From: Candidatus Omnitrophota bacterium
GTDB lineage: Bacteria > Omnitrophota > Gorgyraeia > JAFGHF01
Assembly (NCBI GenBank): GCA_020341815.1
Contig: CP070837.1
Coordinates: 311,035-375,034 of the forward strand
DNA: 64,000 bases
Direction of reading: 5' to 3'
Shown here: piece by piece, positions 28,551 through 38,431 of the stretch
How positions within the stretch are numbered: the stretch's first letter is position 1
Layout of the letters: each line of letters begins with the position of its first letter
The notes under the pieces: generated by a model
What the model was told of the DNA's origin: nothing
Seen by the model: the letters and a program-made list of their open reading frames with translations, nothing else
Database searches by the model: none
Program-made: the position numbers and the translations under genes

Positions 28551-29350
28551 TAAGAGAGCCAGAAGTAGCAGGGCAATTCTATCCGGCAACTCCCGCAGCC
28601 TTAAAGAAGGTGCTGGAGCACCTGGTCGAGAAAAAAGGAAAAAAAGAACAGGCCTTGGGACTGCTTTCGCCTCACGCCGGATATGTATTCTCGGGACAGG
28701 TAGCGGGAATAGGCTTTTCTAAAGTTAAATTAACCGACACCGTGATTATCTTAGGGCCCAATCATACCGGGCGGGGCGCACCTTTCAGCATTATGACAGA
28801 GGGCACCTGGCATATGCCTATGGGTAATGTGGAAGTAGACAGCGAGCTGGCCAAAAATATATTGGAGGAATCGAAGTATCTGGAAGAAGACGTAGAGGCG
28901 CATATATATGAGCATTCCATCGAGGTACAACTTCCGTTCCTGCAATTTCTTTTACCTAAAATTAAGATATTGCCGATAGTTCTCTCTGCGGCAGACTTTA
29001 TGATTTATGAGGAAATCGGCAAGGCCATAGCCAAGACCTTAAAAGCCAACAAAAAGAATTGCCTAATTATAGCCTCAAGCGATATGACCCATCATGAGCC
29101 CCGTAAAAAAGCAGAGGAGGACGACAAATTGGCTATCGAGGCAATGCTTAAGCTGGATGCGCAGGAACTCCTCAGGCGAATACAGAAGTTCAATATTACT
29201 ATGTGCGGCTACGGTCCGGCGGTCTCTATGCTTTGCGCTGTCAAAGAACTGGGGGCAAAAACGGCAAAGTTAATCAAATACCAGACCAGCGCCGATGTAA
29301 CGGGGGATGAGACCTCGGTAGTGGGCTATGCCGGCATAATGGTGTTATAG
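28547..29350 (+). CDS. MEMO1-family protein (AmmeMemoRadiSam system protein B)
   Basis: GQFYP signature. HAGYVFSG and SSDMTHHEP motifs. Confidence 0.8.
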   Translation: MIREPEVAGQFYPATPAALKKVLEHLVEKKGKKEQALGLLSPHAGYVFSGQVAGIGFSKVKLTDTVIILGPNHTGRGAPFSIMTEGTWHMPMGNVEVDSELAKNILEESKYLEEDVEAHIYEHSIEVQLPFLQFLLPKIKILPIVLSAADFMIYEEIGKAIAKTLKANKKNCLIIASSDMTHHEPRKKAEEDDKLAIEAMLKLDAQELLRRIQKFNITMCGYGPAVSMLCAVKELGAKTAKLIKYQTSADVTGDETSVVGYAGIMVL

Positions 29351-29352
29351 AA

Positions 29353-29469
29353 TGAACCCCGCCCTTCCAAACATCACGCTTTGCATAATAGATATAGGCA
29401 AAGATAATAAAAGAAAGGGCGGAATAAAATTTAACCTTGGCCTTACGAAGAAAGGAAGGGCGGGGTGAA
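29353..29469 (+). promoter_or_regulatory. Family-3 element, copy 2. Runs from TGA just after the upstream stop to the GTG start of the downstream gene. Inverted repeat ACCCCGCCCTTCC / GGAAGGGCGGGGT.
   Basis: About 98% identical to 31021-31137. Ends AAGAAAGGAAGGGCGGGGTGAA, where the GTG is the start of ORF 29465. Confidence 0.7.
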
Positions 29470-30412
29470 AAAAAACAAATTATTTGTTTTTTTAAGAATA
29501 TTGATTAGCCTCTGTTTGCTGGCATTGCTGCTATGGCTGGGCCGGGACAATTTCGCAAAAATCGGACAACTATTGAGCTCGGTCAATATATCTATTTTTG
29601 GGCTGGCTCTTGTGTTATTTCTGCTTAGTATTATTATTATGGCCTGGAGGCTGCGGCTTGCGCTGATTGTGCAGGGAAGCTCTTTCGGTGTGGGTGCGCT
29701 ATTTTCTCTGACACTGGTGGGGCTTTTCTTTAGCAATTTTATGCCTACTTCGGTCGGTGGGGACTTGGTAAAAGGCTATTATATTTCTCGCAAAAACAAA
29801 AACAAAATGTCCTCATACGCCTCCGTCTTCGTTGACCGGGTAATAGGCGTCTTTTCCCTTGCCTTAATCGCAAGTGCTGCCCTTGTGATTGGCAGGGGAG
29901 ATATTGAGCATAAGTTTATATTCTGGACCATTGGCCTTTTACTTGTGGCCTGCATTATATCTGCACTTTGTCTGATGAATAAGAAATTGCTGAAGAAAAT
30001 AAGCGGCTCCCTGGGCATCCTGCGTCTTTTGCGCATCTTAAAAGTCGATTCTCTTCTTAAGAGGGCATATGAGGCTATAAACATTTATATAAATTACAAA
30101 AAAACAATCTTTCAATTATTTACTCTTTCTCTGGTCTCGCAATTTATTTCCTTTTTCTCTATGTACATTTTGGCTAACAGCCTCTCACTTTACATTCCTT
30201 TTGAAAGGATTCTTCTGGTTATGCCGATTATTATTGTCTTATGCATGCTGCCTCTGACCATGAATGGATTGGGCCTGCGCGAATGGGCCTTTGTCTTTTT
30301 CTTCAGCCCCAATGTGGGCGAGGCCGCTGCGCTTTCATTTTCGCTGTTATATCTGGCAATGTTTCTCTTGACCAGCCTTTTGGGTGGAATAATCTATTTA
30401 TTCTGGAGGTAA
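29465..30412 (+). CDS. Polytopic membrane protein of the flippase-like / LPG_synthase_TM (UPF0104) family
   Basis: 315 aa with about 8 TM helices. N-terminus typical of UPF0104. GTG start within the family-3 element. Confidence 0.6.
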   Translation: MKKNKLFVFLRILISLCLLALLLWLGRDNFAKIGQLLSSVNISIFGLALVLFLLSIIIMAWRLRLALIVQGSSFGVGALFSLTLVGLFFSNFMPTSVGGDLVKGYYISRKNKNKMSSYASVFVDRVIGVFSLALIASAALVIGRGDIEHKFIFWTIGLLLVACIISALCLMNKKLLKKISGSLGILRLLRILKVDSLLKRAYEAINIYINYKKTIFQLFTLSLVSQFISFFSMYILANSLSLYIPFERILLVMPIIIVLCMLPLTMNGLGLREWAFVFFFSPNVGEAAALSFSLLYLAMFLLTSLLGGIIYLFWR

Positions 30413-30415
30413 AAA

Positions 30416-30574
30416 ATGGATGAAGAACTATTGAATATTCTGGCCTGCCCTGCCTGCAAGGCCGATGTAGAATTAAAAGAAGACAAAGTAGTCTGTAAGG
30501 GCTGTAAAGCCAAATATCCAATCCGGGACGGTATTCCCATTATGTTAATCGAAGAGAGGGAAACAGAACAATGA
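30416..30574 (+). CDS. Trm112/YcaR-like small zinc-ribbon protein (UPF0434). Not in the ORF track.
   Basis: My translation [52 protein letters not shown] shows the typical Trm112 pattern. ATGA overlap with aroQ. Confidence 0.75.
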   Translation: MDEELLNILACPACKADVELKEDKVVCKGCKAKYPIRDGIPIMLIEERETEQ

Positions 30575-31017
30575 CAAAGATATTAGTTATTCACGGGCCC
30601 AATCTGGACCTTTTAGGTAAGCGCCAGCCGGAAATCTATGGTAGTTTTACCCTGGATGAAATCAACAAGCGCATGAAGAAAATAGCACAGGAAGAGAAGA
30701 TAGAAATAGAATTCTTACAATCCAACCACGAAGGCGAGATTGTCGATGCCATCGGAGAGGCAAAGAATAAGTTCTCCGTCCTACTGATTAATCCGGCTGC
30801 CTACACCCATACCAGCGTGGCTATTCGCGATGCCATCAGCGCCTCAGGCCTGCCTTGCGTGGAAGTTCATCTGTCGAATATTTACGCCCGCGAAGAGTTC
30901 AGACACACCTCTTTAATTGCCCCTGTGGCTAGAGGCCAAATCTGCGGATTCGGCATTGACAGTTACCTTCTAGGGTTACGCGCGGCAATAAACCTGGCAA
31001 AGGCAAGGGGCGCTTAA
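30571..31017 (+). CDS. aroQ: 3-dehydroquinate dehydratase, type II
   Basis: [24 protein letters not shown]... with [15 protein letters not shown] motifs. Confidence 0.92.
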   Translation: MTKILVIHGPNLDLLGKRQPEIYGSFTLDEINKRMKKIAQEEKIEIEFLQSNHEGEIVDAIGEAKNKFSVLLINPAAYTHTSVAIRDAISASGLPCVEVHLSNIYAREEFRHTSLIAPVARGQICGFGIDSYLLGLRAAINLAKARGA

Positions 31018-31020
31018 GGG

Positions 31021-31137
31021 TGAACCCCGCCCTTCCAAATATCACGCTTTGCATAATAGATATAGGCAAAGATAATAAAAGAAAGGGCGGAATAAAATTT
31101 AACCTTGGCCTTACGAAGAAAGGAAGGGCGGGGTGAA
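31021..31137 (+). promoter_or_regulatory. Family-3 element, copy 3 (near-identical to copy 2). Runs from TGA after the aroQ stop to the GTG start of pepP.
   Basis: Direct alignment to 29353-29469. Ends GGAAGGGCGGGGTGAA with the GTG at 31133. Confidence 0.7.
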
Positions 31138-32182
31138 TACTGCGGCCATAAATAAATTACGTCAGGAACTCTCCCGGCATAAGCTTGACGCCTTCCTGAT
31201 AAGTAAAGGCACAAATGTAGCCTATCTCAGCGGGTTTAGAGGGGAGGGCCAGCTTTTAATTACCCCGAGCAAAAAAATCCTGCTTGTCGACTTCAGGTTT
31301 AAAGAAGAGGCTGAGAAACATTGTGCATCTTGTCGCGTTTATACGCGTGAGGCCTTTGAGCCGTTGGAGAAAAGCCTGTTTTATTTAGTTAAAAAATTAA
31401 GGTTCAAAAGGATAGGGTTTGAGGCCTCATCTTTGTCCTATGAGTTTCATCATAAACTGAAAAATATTTTTAAATCTATAAAGCTATTACCTCTTGGGAG
31501 AGTTATAGAGGCCCTGCGAGCGGTAAAGAACGGGCAGGAGATTAAGCATCTTAAGGCGGCCGCCGCCCTGAGCGTAAGGAGCTTTGACTTTGCCAGAAAG
31601 ATTATCCGGCCCGGCAAAAAGGAGGCGGAAATTGCCCGCGAACTTCAATACTTTATACGCAAGCAGGGAGCTGAAGACTCTGCCTTTGATATAATTGTGG
31701 CCTCCGGCAAGAGGAGCTCGCTGCCCCATGCGCCTGTTTCCGCTAAAGTTATCAAAAAAAATGAGGTGGTTCTGGTAGACTTAGGATGCCGCCTGAACGG
31801 CTACAATTCCGACTTGACAAGGGTGGTCTTTTTAGGTAAAATTAGGGACAAAATTAAGCGGGTTTATGAGGTAGTTCTTCGGGCGCAACGGCTTGCGATC
31901 GAGGCCATAAAGGCGGGCGAAAGGGTAAGCGAGATCGATAAGGTGGCGCGCCAATACATAGCCAGCGCCGGCTTAGGGGCCCTTTTTGGACATGCCTTAG
32001 GGCACGGCATCGGCAGAGAAGTCCATGAACAGCCCTATATTTCCCCTAACAATCAGGACTTCTTAAAAGAAAATATGGTATTTACGGTGGAGCCGGGAGT
32101 TTATATACCTGGCTTAGGCGGGATAAGAGTGGAGGATATGGTTCGCGTTACCAGAAGAGGCGTTGAGGTATTGACCCAGTGA
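31133..32182 (+). CDS. pepP: Xaa-Pro aminopeptidase (M24B)
   Basis: 349 aa. M24 metal ligands: ...[13 protein letters not shown]..., [17 protein letters not shown]. Confidence 0.85.
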   Translation: MNTAAINKLRQELSRHKLDAFLISKGTNVAYLSGFRGEGQLLITPSKKILLVDFRFKEEAEKHCASCRVYTREAFEPLEKSLFYLVKKLRFKRIGFEASSLSYEFHHKLKNIFKSIKLLPLGRVIEALRAVKNGQEIKHLKAAAALSVRSFDFARKIIRPGKKEAEIARELQYFIRKQGAEDSAFDIIVASGKRSSLPHAPVSAKVIKKNEVVLVDLGCRLNGYNSDLTRVVFLGKIRDKIKRVYEVVLRAQRLAIEAIKAGERVSEIDKVARQYIASAGLGALFGHALGHGIGREVHEQPYISPNNQDFLKENMVFTVEPGVYIPGLGGIRVEDMVRVTRRGVEVLTQ

Positions 32183-32736
32183 TTGGCACAAATCAGTTTA
32201 AAAATGGGATAACAATTATATTGGATGGAGCAATTTATACCATTCTCAGTTTCCAACATGTGAAGCCGGGTAAGGGCGGGGCCTTTGTACGCACCAAACT
32301 GCGGAATTTAAAATATGGTAATGTTATTGACAAAACATTCCGTTCCGGTGAAAAGGTGGAACAGGCCTTTATAGAACAAAAGAAGGTGCAATTTTTATAC
32401 CATCACGGACACTTCTATCATTTTATGGACCAGGACACCTTTGAAGAGATGGAGTTTTCCCAGGAACAGCTGAGTGAAAAAGTAAAGTTTCTTAAAGAAA
32501 ATATGGTGATTTCGGTGGCTATGTGCGAAGGGGCTATCACAGATATCAATTTACCTACTTTTGTAGAGCTGAAGGTTGAGGATACCGAACCCGGTCTGCG
32601 CGCAGATACGGTGAAGGCTGGGAGCAAGACAGCTACCCTGGAAACAGGAGCAGAGATTTCTGTCCCTTTATTTATAAATAAAGGCGACATGATTAAGATA
32701 GATACCCGTTCAGGAACGTATATCGGGCGAGTGTAG
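32179..32736 (+). CDS. efp: Elongation factor P
   Basis: 185 aa with [16 protein letters not shown], the EF-P loop including the conserved modified-lysine region. Confidence 0.92.
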   Translation: MIGTNQFKNGITIILDGAIYTILSFQHVKPGKGGAFVRTKLRNLKYGNVIDKTFRSGEKVEQAFIEQKKVQFLYHHGHFYHFMDQDTFEEMEFSQEQLSEKVKFLKENMVISVAMCEGAITDINLPTFVELKVEDTEPGLRADTVKAGSKTATLETGAEISVPLFINKGDMIKIDTRSGTYIGRV

Positions 32737-32753
32737 GGAAAGGTGGGGATAAA

Positions 32754-33203
32754 ATGAACCTAAAAGAAATAAAAGAGATGATTAATCTAATGAACGAACA
32801 CGATTTATTAGAGCTGGAGGTGGAAAGGAACGGCCTCAAGGTTAAGCTAAGGAAAAATGCCGGCCAAGTCCAGCAAATTATCACCACTCAGGAGGCCCCT
32901 TCTGTAGCTGCGCCAGCTATCCCCAGAGAAAAAGGGCCCGCCCTTGAGCCTGAAAAGGAAAAGCTGATAGAGATAATCTCACCTATGGTAGGAACCTTCT
33001 ATCGCGCCTCCTCTCCGGAAAGCGCCCCCTATGTAGATGTAGGAAGCGAAATCCAGCCGGGTGAGGTCGTCTGTATTATTGAAGCAATGAAACTGATGAA
33101 CGAAATAAAGGCGGAAGTTAAAGGTAAAGTGAAAGAAATCCTGGTGGAGAACGGCAGTCCTGTAGAATTCGGACAGGTATTGTTCCGTCTGGAGCCTGCA
33201 TAA
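32754..33203 (+). CDS. accB: Biotin carboxyl carrier protein of acetyl-CoA carboxylase
   Basis: EAMKLMNEI biotinyl-lysine motif. Pro/Ala-rich linker. 149 aa. Confidence 0.9.
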   Translation: MNLKEIKEMINLMNEHDLLELEVERNGLKVKLRKNAGQVQQIITTQEAPSVAAPAIPREKGPALEPEKEKLIEIISPMVGTFYRASSPESAPYVDVGSEIQPGEVVCIIEAMKLMNEIKAEVKGKVKEILVENGSPVEFGQVLFRLEPA

Positions 33204-33206
33204 GAG

Positions 33207-34562
33207 ATGTTTTCTAAAGTCCTGATTGCCAATCGGGGAGAGATTGCTTTAAGGATTATCCGCGCCTGCAAAGAAATGGGCGTGCGCACCGTAGCGGTCT
33301 ACTCCCAGCCCGATGTTAATTCTCTACACGTGCGTCTGGCGGATGAGGCCATCTGTATCGGCCGCGCCGCGCCGGCTGAGAGCTATCTGAGCATCCCCAG
33401 CATTATCAGCGCAGCCGAGATTGCCGATGTGGAAGCCATCCATCCCGGTTATGGCTTTCTGGCGGAAAATGCCCACTTTGCGGAAATCTGCGCTTCCTGT
33501 AACATCAATTTCATCGGGCCAAAGCCTGAGCCGATGAGGTTAATGGGCGATAAGCTGCAGGCGAAGGCCACTATGCGCAAGGCCGGAATACCGGTTGTGC
33601 CCGGCAGCACAGAAGCGGTGCAGGACAAAGACAAGGCCATAAAGATTGCCCAGCGGCTTAAATATCCGGTGATTATTAAGGCCGCAGCCGGAGGCGGCGG
33701 CAAAGGAATGCGCGTATGCCATAACGATGTGCGCCTGGTCAGCGCCCTGCTTACAGCCCAGGCGGAGGCAGAGGCAGCTTTCGGCAAGCCGGAGGTCTAC
33801 ATAGAGAAATATTTTTCCCGGCCGCGCCATATAGAGTTTCAAATCCTGGCGGATAACTTTGGGCGCATAATTCATTTAGGGGAAAGGGACTGCACTATCC
33901 AAAGACGCCATCAGAAGCTAATCGAAGAATCGCCCTCTATGGCTATCAATGCTAAACTGCGCAAACGTATGGGGGAGGCCGCCATCAAGGCCGCCAAGTC
34001 CGTCAATTACAATAGCGCAGGCACCATAGAATTTCTTCTTGATGAAAAAAACAATTTTTATTTTTTGGAAATGAATACGCGTATTCAGGTTGAGCACGGC
34101 GTTACCGAAATGGTTACGGGCGTAGACCTGCTCAAAGAGCAAATCAGGATTGCCGCGGGAGAGAAATTACGCCTTAACCAGGACGATGTCAAAATAAAAG
34201 GATGGGCAATGGAGTGCCGCATCAACGCCGAAGACCCCAACAACAACTTCACGCCTTCCCCTGGAAGGATCACCTCCTACAATGTCCCGGGCGGACCGGG
34301 GGTGCGCGTTGACAGCTGCGTATATCAGAATTATAATATCCTGCCTTATTATGATTCCCTGATTGCCAAGCTGATTGCGCACGGCAAAACAAGGAATGAG
34401 GCCATCCGGATTATGCTGCGGGCGCTTGAGGAATACGTAATCGAACCGGTAAAGACGACTCTGCCTTTTTGCAGAGACGTATTGAACGACGCGCGCTTCT
34501 TGAGAGGCAAGGTTTATACAGATTTTACGGATATCTTGATTTCCGAAAAACAAAAAGAGTAA
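33207..34562 (+). CDS. accC: Biotin carboxylase
   Basis: 451 aa ATP-grasp with [21 protein letters not shown]-terminus. Immediately downstream of accB. Confidence 0.95.
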   Translation: MFSKVLIANRGEIALRIIRACKEMGVRTVAVYSQPDVNSLHVRLADEAICIGRAAPAESYLSIPSIISAAEIADVEAIHPGYGFLAENAHFAEICASCNINFIGPKPEPMRLMGDKLQAKATMRKAGIPVVPGSTEAVQDKDKAIKIAQRLKYPVIIKAAAGGGGKGMRVCHNDVRLVSALLTAQAEAEAAFGKPEVYIEKYFSRPRHIEFQILADNFGRIIHLGERDCTIQRRHQKLIEESPSMAINAKLRKRMGEAAIKAAKSVNYNSAGTIEFLLDEKNNFYFLEMNTRIQVEHGVTEMVTGVDLLKEQIRIAAGEKLRLNQDDVKIKGWAMECRINAEDPNNNFTPSPGRITSYNVPGGPGVRVDSCVYQNYNILPYYDSLIAKLIAHGKTRNEAIRIMLRALEEYVIEPVKTTLPFCRDVLNDARFLRGKVYTDFTDILISEKQKE

Positions 34563-34626
34563 CACTGAGGACACTGAAAGAAAAATTTCAGTGGTTTCAG
34601 TGTAACAATTTCAGTGATTTCAGTGA
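34562..34626. repeat. Family-1 repeat element, copy C: one direct ACACTGAGGACACTGAAAG unit, an A/T spacer, then two inverted units (TCAGTGGTTTCAGTG and TCAGTGATTTCAGTGA). Begins at the accC stop codon.
   Basis: Direct reading. Same CACTGA(A/G)-based unit as copies A, B and D. Confidence 0.7.
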
Positions 34627-34642
34627 TAAAAGGGAGGTAAAA

Positions 34643-35275
34643 ATGAGGGCATTGGCAGCAATAGTAATCTTCGTTTGCACTCTTGTCTTCGCAGCCTTGG
34701 GAGGTATTTTAGTTGCGCTTTCTCTGGATTTATTCACCTTGCAGAACCTGACGGATTTCCTGCGCCTGGCATTTGAGATCGAAAACATCAATCTAATTGT
34801 CGGCGGATCGGGCCTGTTTTTGATTATCGCCAGCATCTGTATCGCCCAGATTTCCTTTGGCAGGATGCAGAGAGAAAAGACTATTGCTTTTGATAATCCT
34901 GACGGGCAGGTGAGCGTTTCTCTTTCGGCGATAGAAGATTTTATCAAACGGCTCTCCTCGGGCATGTCGGAAGTCAAGGACTTACGCAGCAATGTCGTTG
35001 CCGGCAAGAAAGGCATAGAAATAAATGTACGCGTTAGCCTTTGGGCCGACGCCAATATCCCCGAAAGCACCGAAAGCATTCAGGCAATAATCAAAAACCG
35101 CATCCAGGAAATGCTGGGAATTGAAGAGACAATCATAGTGAAAGTGCATGTGGGAAAGATTGTCCCCAAGGAAAAGAGGCGCTTTAAGAAAAAGGGCAAG
35201 GAGAAGGAGAAAGAGGATGTGCAAACACAGGAGAGATTTGCCCCTTTTCAAGGAAATATTGAATATGGAGACTGA
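34643..35275 (+). CDS. Membrane-anchored Asp23/Gls24-family (alkaline shock protein-like) protein. The track ORF at 34469 is over-extended through the repeat.
   Basis: RBS AAGGGAGGT before the ATG at 34643. N-terminal TM helices. C-terminal DNPDGQVSVSLSAIEDFIKRL...GIEINVRVSL...IIVKVHV, the Asp23 pattern. Confidence 0.6.
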   Translation: MRALAAIVIFVCTLVFAALGGILVALSLDLFTLQNLTDFLRLAFEIENINLIVGGSGLFLIIASICIAQISFGRMQREKTIAFDNPDGQVSVSLSAIEDFIKRLSSGMSEVKDLRSNVVAGKKGIEINVRVSLWADANIPESTESIQAIIKNRIQEMLGIEETIIVKVHVGKIVPKEKRRFKKKGKEKEKEDVQTQERFAPFQGNIEYGD

Positions 35276-35295
35276 AGAGTAGAAAGGATCAGGAA

Positions 35296-36327
35296 ATGAT
35301 TAAAAGAGTCGCAGTTTTAACCGGCGGAGGAGATTGTCCGGGAATCAATTCGGTAATCAGGGCGATAGCCCGCAAGGCCTTGAAAGAAAATTATAAGGTT
35401 ATAGGTATCAAAAACGGCTGGAAGGGTCTAATCGAGAATACTACGATACCTCTTGACCTCGATTCTGTCTCCGGAATACTGCCTAAAGGCGGAACGATTC
35501 TGGGTACCTCAAGGACCAATCCTTACAAAAATGAGGCGGATTTGAAGAAAGCCAAAGGAAACTTTAAGGCCTTAAAAATTGACGCCCTGATTGCTATTGG
35601 GGGAGAAGATACCTTAGGTGTAGCCAGCAAGCTGTACAAAGACGGCTTCAAGGTTGTGGGTGTACCCAAGACTATCGATAACGACCTCTCGGCTACAGAC
35701 AGGACATTCGGTTTTGATACCGCCGTTAATATTGCCACCGAGGCCATTGACAGGATACATACCACAGCCGAATCCCACCATCGGGTAATGGTAGTGGAAG
35801 TTATGGGGCGCCATTCCGGATGGATTGGGCTTGAGGCCGGCATTGCCGGCGGGGCTGATGCCATTCTCATCCCTGAGTTTCCTATTGACATCAAGGAGGT
35901 CTGCGGCTTAATAAAAAAACGGCATGGTCGTGGCAAAAACTTCAGTATCGTTGTGGTAGCCGAAGGCGCCAAGTTCAAAGAAGGCTCAGAGATATTGCAG
36001 GAGGAAAGACTTGATGCCTTTGGGCACGTAAGGCTGGGCGGTATAGGCCAAATCTTGGGTGATGAAATTGAGAAAATAACCGGATTTGAAACACGAGTTA
36101 CGGTATTGGGCCATATTCAAAGAGGAGGCAGCCCCACCGCCTTTGACCGCGTCCTTGGCACTCGCTACGGAGTTAAAGCTATGGAGCTGGTGCTGGAGGA
36201 AAAATTTGGTCAGATGGCCAGTCTGCAAGGGGATAAAATAGTCTCTGTTCCTTTGGAGCGAGCTGTGGGCACCCTTAAGACAGTCCCCAAAGAGTTCTAC
36301 GATATCGCCACTACATTTTTCGGGTAA
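35296..36327 (+). CDS. pfkA: 6-phosphofructokinase (PfkA family; ATP- or PPi-dependent)
   Basis: MIKRVAVLTGGGDCPGINSVIRA...GGEDTLG...MGR motifs. Confidence 0.88.
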   Translation: MIKRVAVLTGGGDCPGINSVIRAIARKALKENYKVIGIKNGWKGLIENTTIPLDLDSVSGILPKGGTILGTSRTNPYKNEADLKKAKGNFKALKIDALIAIGGEDTLGVASKLYKDGFKVVGVPKTIDNDLSATDRTFGFDTAVNIATEAIDRIHTTAESHHRVMVVEVMGRHSGWIGLEAGIAGGADAILIPEFPIDIKEVCGLIKKRHGRGKNFSIVVVAEGAKFKEGSEILQEERLDAFGHVRLGGIGQILGDEIEKITGFETRVTVLGHIQRGGSPTAFDRVLGTRYGVKAMELVLEEKFGQMASLQGDKIVSVPLERAVGTLKTVPKEFYDIATTFFG

Positions 36328-36338
36328 GGATAACTAAT

Positions 36339-36902
36339 ATGGAAAAGGCAATAAAAACTATTTTAAAAGAGAGCATTGCCGTTAAACAGGGTGTTCTCGA
36401 AAATAATATTGCTGCAATCGCCAGGATTACGGAGCTGGCTATTGCCTGTTTGAAAAAGGGAGGCAAAATCATCCTCTTTGGTAACGGAGGCAGCGCTGCC
36501 GACAGTCAGCACCTTGCCGCAGAACTCGTAGGAAGATTCACCCGTGAAAGAAAGGCCCTGGCGGCAATAGCCTTAAGCTGCAACAGCTCCAACATCACCT
36601 CAATCGGCAATGATTACGATTTTGAAAAGGTTTTTGCCCGGCAGATAGAGGCGTTAGGAAAGAAGGAGGATTTGGCAATCGGCATATCTACGAGCGGCAA
36701 TTCCGGCAATGTCCTTAAAGCTATAATTTCAGCCAAGGCAATGGGGATGAAGACCGCCTGTCTTAGCGGTAAGGAAGGAAAACTGGCAAAAGAGGTGGAT
36801 GCTGCGGTGTGCGTGCCATCAACCAACACCGCACGTATTCAGGAAGCCCATATTGCTATCGGACACATTATTTGCGAATTAACAGAAAAAGCCTTTTCGT
36901 GA
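36339..36902 (+). CDS. gmhA: Phosphoheptose isomerase (SIS domain)
   Basis: [27 protein letters not shown], the GmhA signature. 187 aa. Confidence 0.88.
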   Translation: MEKAIKTILKESIAVKQGVLENNIAAIARITELAIACLKKGGKIILFGNGGSAADSQHLAAELVGRFTRERKALAAIALSCNSSNITSIGNDYDFEKVFARQIEALGKKEDLAIGISTSGNSGNVLKAIISAKAMGMKTACLSGKEGKLAKEVDAAVCVPSTNTARIQEAHIAIGHIICELTEKAFS

Positions 36903-37378
36903 CTAAAGATAAGATTAAAAACTTAAAAACTTTAAAAAGTATAGTAGCTGCCTGTAAAAAAAGACGAGAAAAAGTCGTTTTTACCAACGGCTGCTTCGAT
37001 ATCCTGCATCTGGGCCATATAAAATACTTAGAGCAGGCCTCCTCTTTAGGAAAGAGACTTGTGGTTGCCGTAAATAGCGACGCCTCCGAGCGTCTCTTAA
37101 AAGGAAGCACCCGCCCCATAATCCCCGAAAAAGAAAGAGCTGCTTTGGTGGCAGCCCTTGAGTGCGTAGATTATGTAACTATCTTTAATCAGCCTACACC
37201 CCTGGCCTTAATTAAGGCCTTAAAGCCCGATATCCTGGTTAAAGGAGGCGACTGGCAAAAGGCGGATATAGTGGGAAAAGATTTTGTCGAGTCTTACGGC
37301 GGAAAGGTTGTAGCGGCAGATTTTGTCAAAGGGTTCTCTTCCAGCTCAATAATTGCCGGAATAAGAAAGGGCAAATGA
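36899..37378 (+). CDS. D-beta-D-heptose 1-phosphate adenylyltransferase (RfaE domain II / HldE C-terminal domain-like cytidylyltransferase). GTG start overlaps the gmhA stop.
   Basis: [22 protein letters not shown]...VAVNSD (HxGH nucleotidyltransferase). The track ORF at 36809 is over-extended into gmhA. Confidence 0.8.
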   Translation: MTKDKIKNLKTLKSIVAACKKRREKVVFTNGCFDILHLGHIKYLEQASSLGKRLVVAVNSDASERLLKGSTRPIIPEKERAALVAALECVDYVTIFNQPTPLALIKALKPDILVKGGDWQKADIVGKDFVESYGGKVVAADFVKGFSSSSIIAGIRKGK

Positions 37379-37773
37379 AAAAGGACCTCTTTAGAATTAT
37401 TGATGCCAATCTAAACCGCTCCCGCGAAGGCTTAAGGGTCTGCGAAGAAGTTGTCCGCTTTGTCCTGGAGGATGAAAAGCTAACGGGTGAGTTTAAAAGA
37501 GCCAGGCACAGCATTTCCCGCAGCATTAAAAGATTTCCCGGTGCGCTTCCTGAACACAGAAATACCGCAACTGATGCCGGCAGAGATATCGTAACCAAAA
37601 ACGGACGAAAAAATTATCAAGATGTTTTTTCTGCCAACATCCAGAGAAGTAAGGAAGCCCTGCGGGTTTTGGAGGAGTTCTCCGGTATATTCAATCGTTC
37701 TTTAAGTAAAAGTTTTGGCCGGATAAGATTTCAGGTTTACGACTTAGAAAAGAAGACCATTGCGCGACTTTAG
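37375..37773 (+). CDS. Hypothetical protein translationally coupled to thiE. Resembles the N-terminal extension domain fused to ThiE in some lineages.
   Basis: 132 aa starting [22 protein letters not shown]. Overlaps the thiE start by 14 nt in another frame. Confidence 0.5.
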   Translation: MKKDLFRIIDANLNRSREGLRVCEEVVRFVLEDEKLTGEFKRARHSISRSIKRFPGALPEHRNTATDAGRDIVTKNGRKNYQDVFSANIQRSKEALRVLEEFSGIFNRSLSKSFGRIRFQVYDLEKKTIARL

Positions 37774-38395
37774 GTTATATGTAATTTTAGATGTTGATAT
37801 CGCTGCCTCATGCGGCAAAATAGAGGAAATAGCCCATAATGTTCTTTCCGCAGGAGCCGATATCCTGCAGTTAAGGGCAAAAGGTAAAAGCGATAGTGAG
37901 GTTTTGAAAATAGGCCGTTCTTTAGGAAATTTAGCCCGTAAAGAAAAGGCCTTATTTATCCTTAATGACCGTGTAGAGCTGGTAGATACTATCAATGCTG
38001 ATGGAGTGCATCTGGGTCAGGAGGATGCACCCTTCAGTGAGGCGCGCAGGGCCTTAGGCCCTAAAAGAATAATCGGTATCTCCACCCACAGCGTAGAAGA
38101 GGCGCACGAGGCAGAAAGACAAGGGGTAGATTATATCGCTATCGGACCGATATTTTCCACACAGACAAAACCGCAAAGTACTCCTCTGGGGCCTGAAATA
38201 ATTACAGAGATTAAGGACAAAGTTAAAATCCCTTTTCTGGCTGTGGGGGGCATAAATCTGGAAAACTCAAACCAAGTTTTAACCTGTGGCGCTCGGCGCA
38301 TTGCCGTCTGCAGGGCTATCATTAAAGCAAAGGACGTCTTTGGAACTACGGAGAAATTCAAACAAAGGCTAAACAACCCTACTTACACCTCGTAG
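37760..38395 (+). CDS. thiE: Thiamine-phosphate synthase (TTG start inferred)
   Basis: LYVILD...ADILQLRAKG...GVHLGQED...IGIS.H...GVDYIAIGPIF.T.TK, the TMP-TENI pattern. Confidence 0.82.
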   Translation: MRDFRLYVILDVDIAASCGKIEEIAHNVLSAGADILQLRAKGKSDSEVLKIGRSLGNLARKEKALFILNDRVELVDTINADGVHLGQEDAPFSEARRALGPKRIIGISTHSVEEAHEAERQGVDYIAIGPIFSTQTKPQSTPLGPEIITEIKDKVKIPFLAVGGINLENSNQVLTCGARRIAVCRAIIKAKDVFGTTEKFKQRLNNPTYTS

Positions 38396-38431
38396 GTGTA
38401 AGTAACGAAGCGTGGATTGTGCGCTTAAATT

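Noticed and set aside
38378-38403. Perfect hairpin CTTACACC-tcgta-GGTGTAAG overlapping the thiE stop, considered as an intrinsic terminator or TPP riboswitch remnant
   Set aside because: No U-tract follows. It is far too short to be a TPP aptamer, which lacks the CUGAGA / ACCUGAUCUGGAUAAUGC cores. Left as an unexplained small hairpin.
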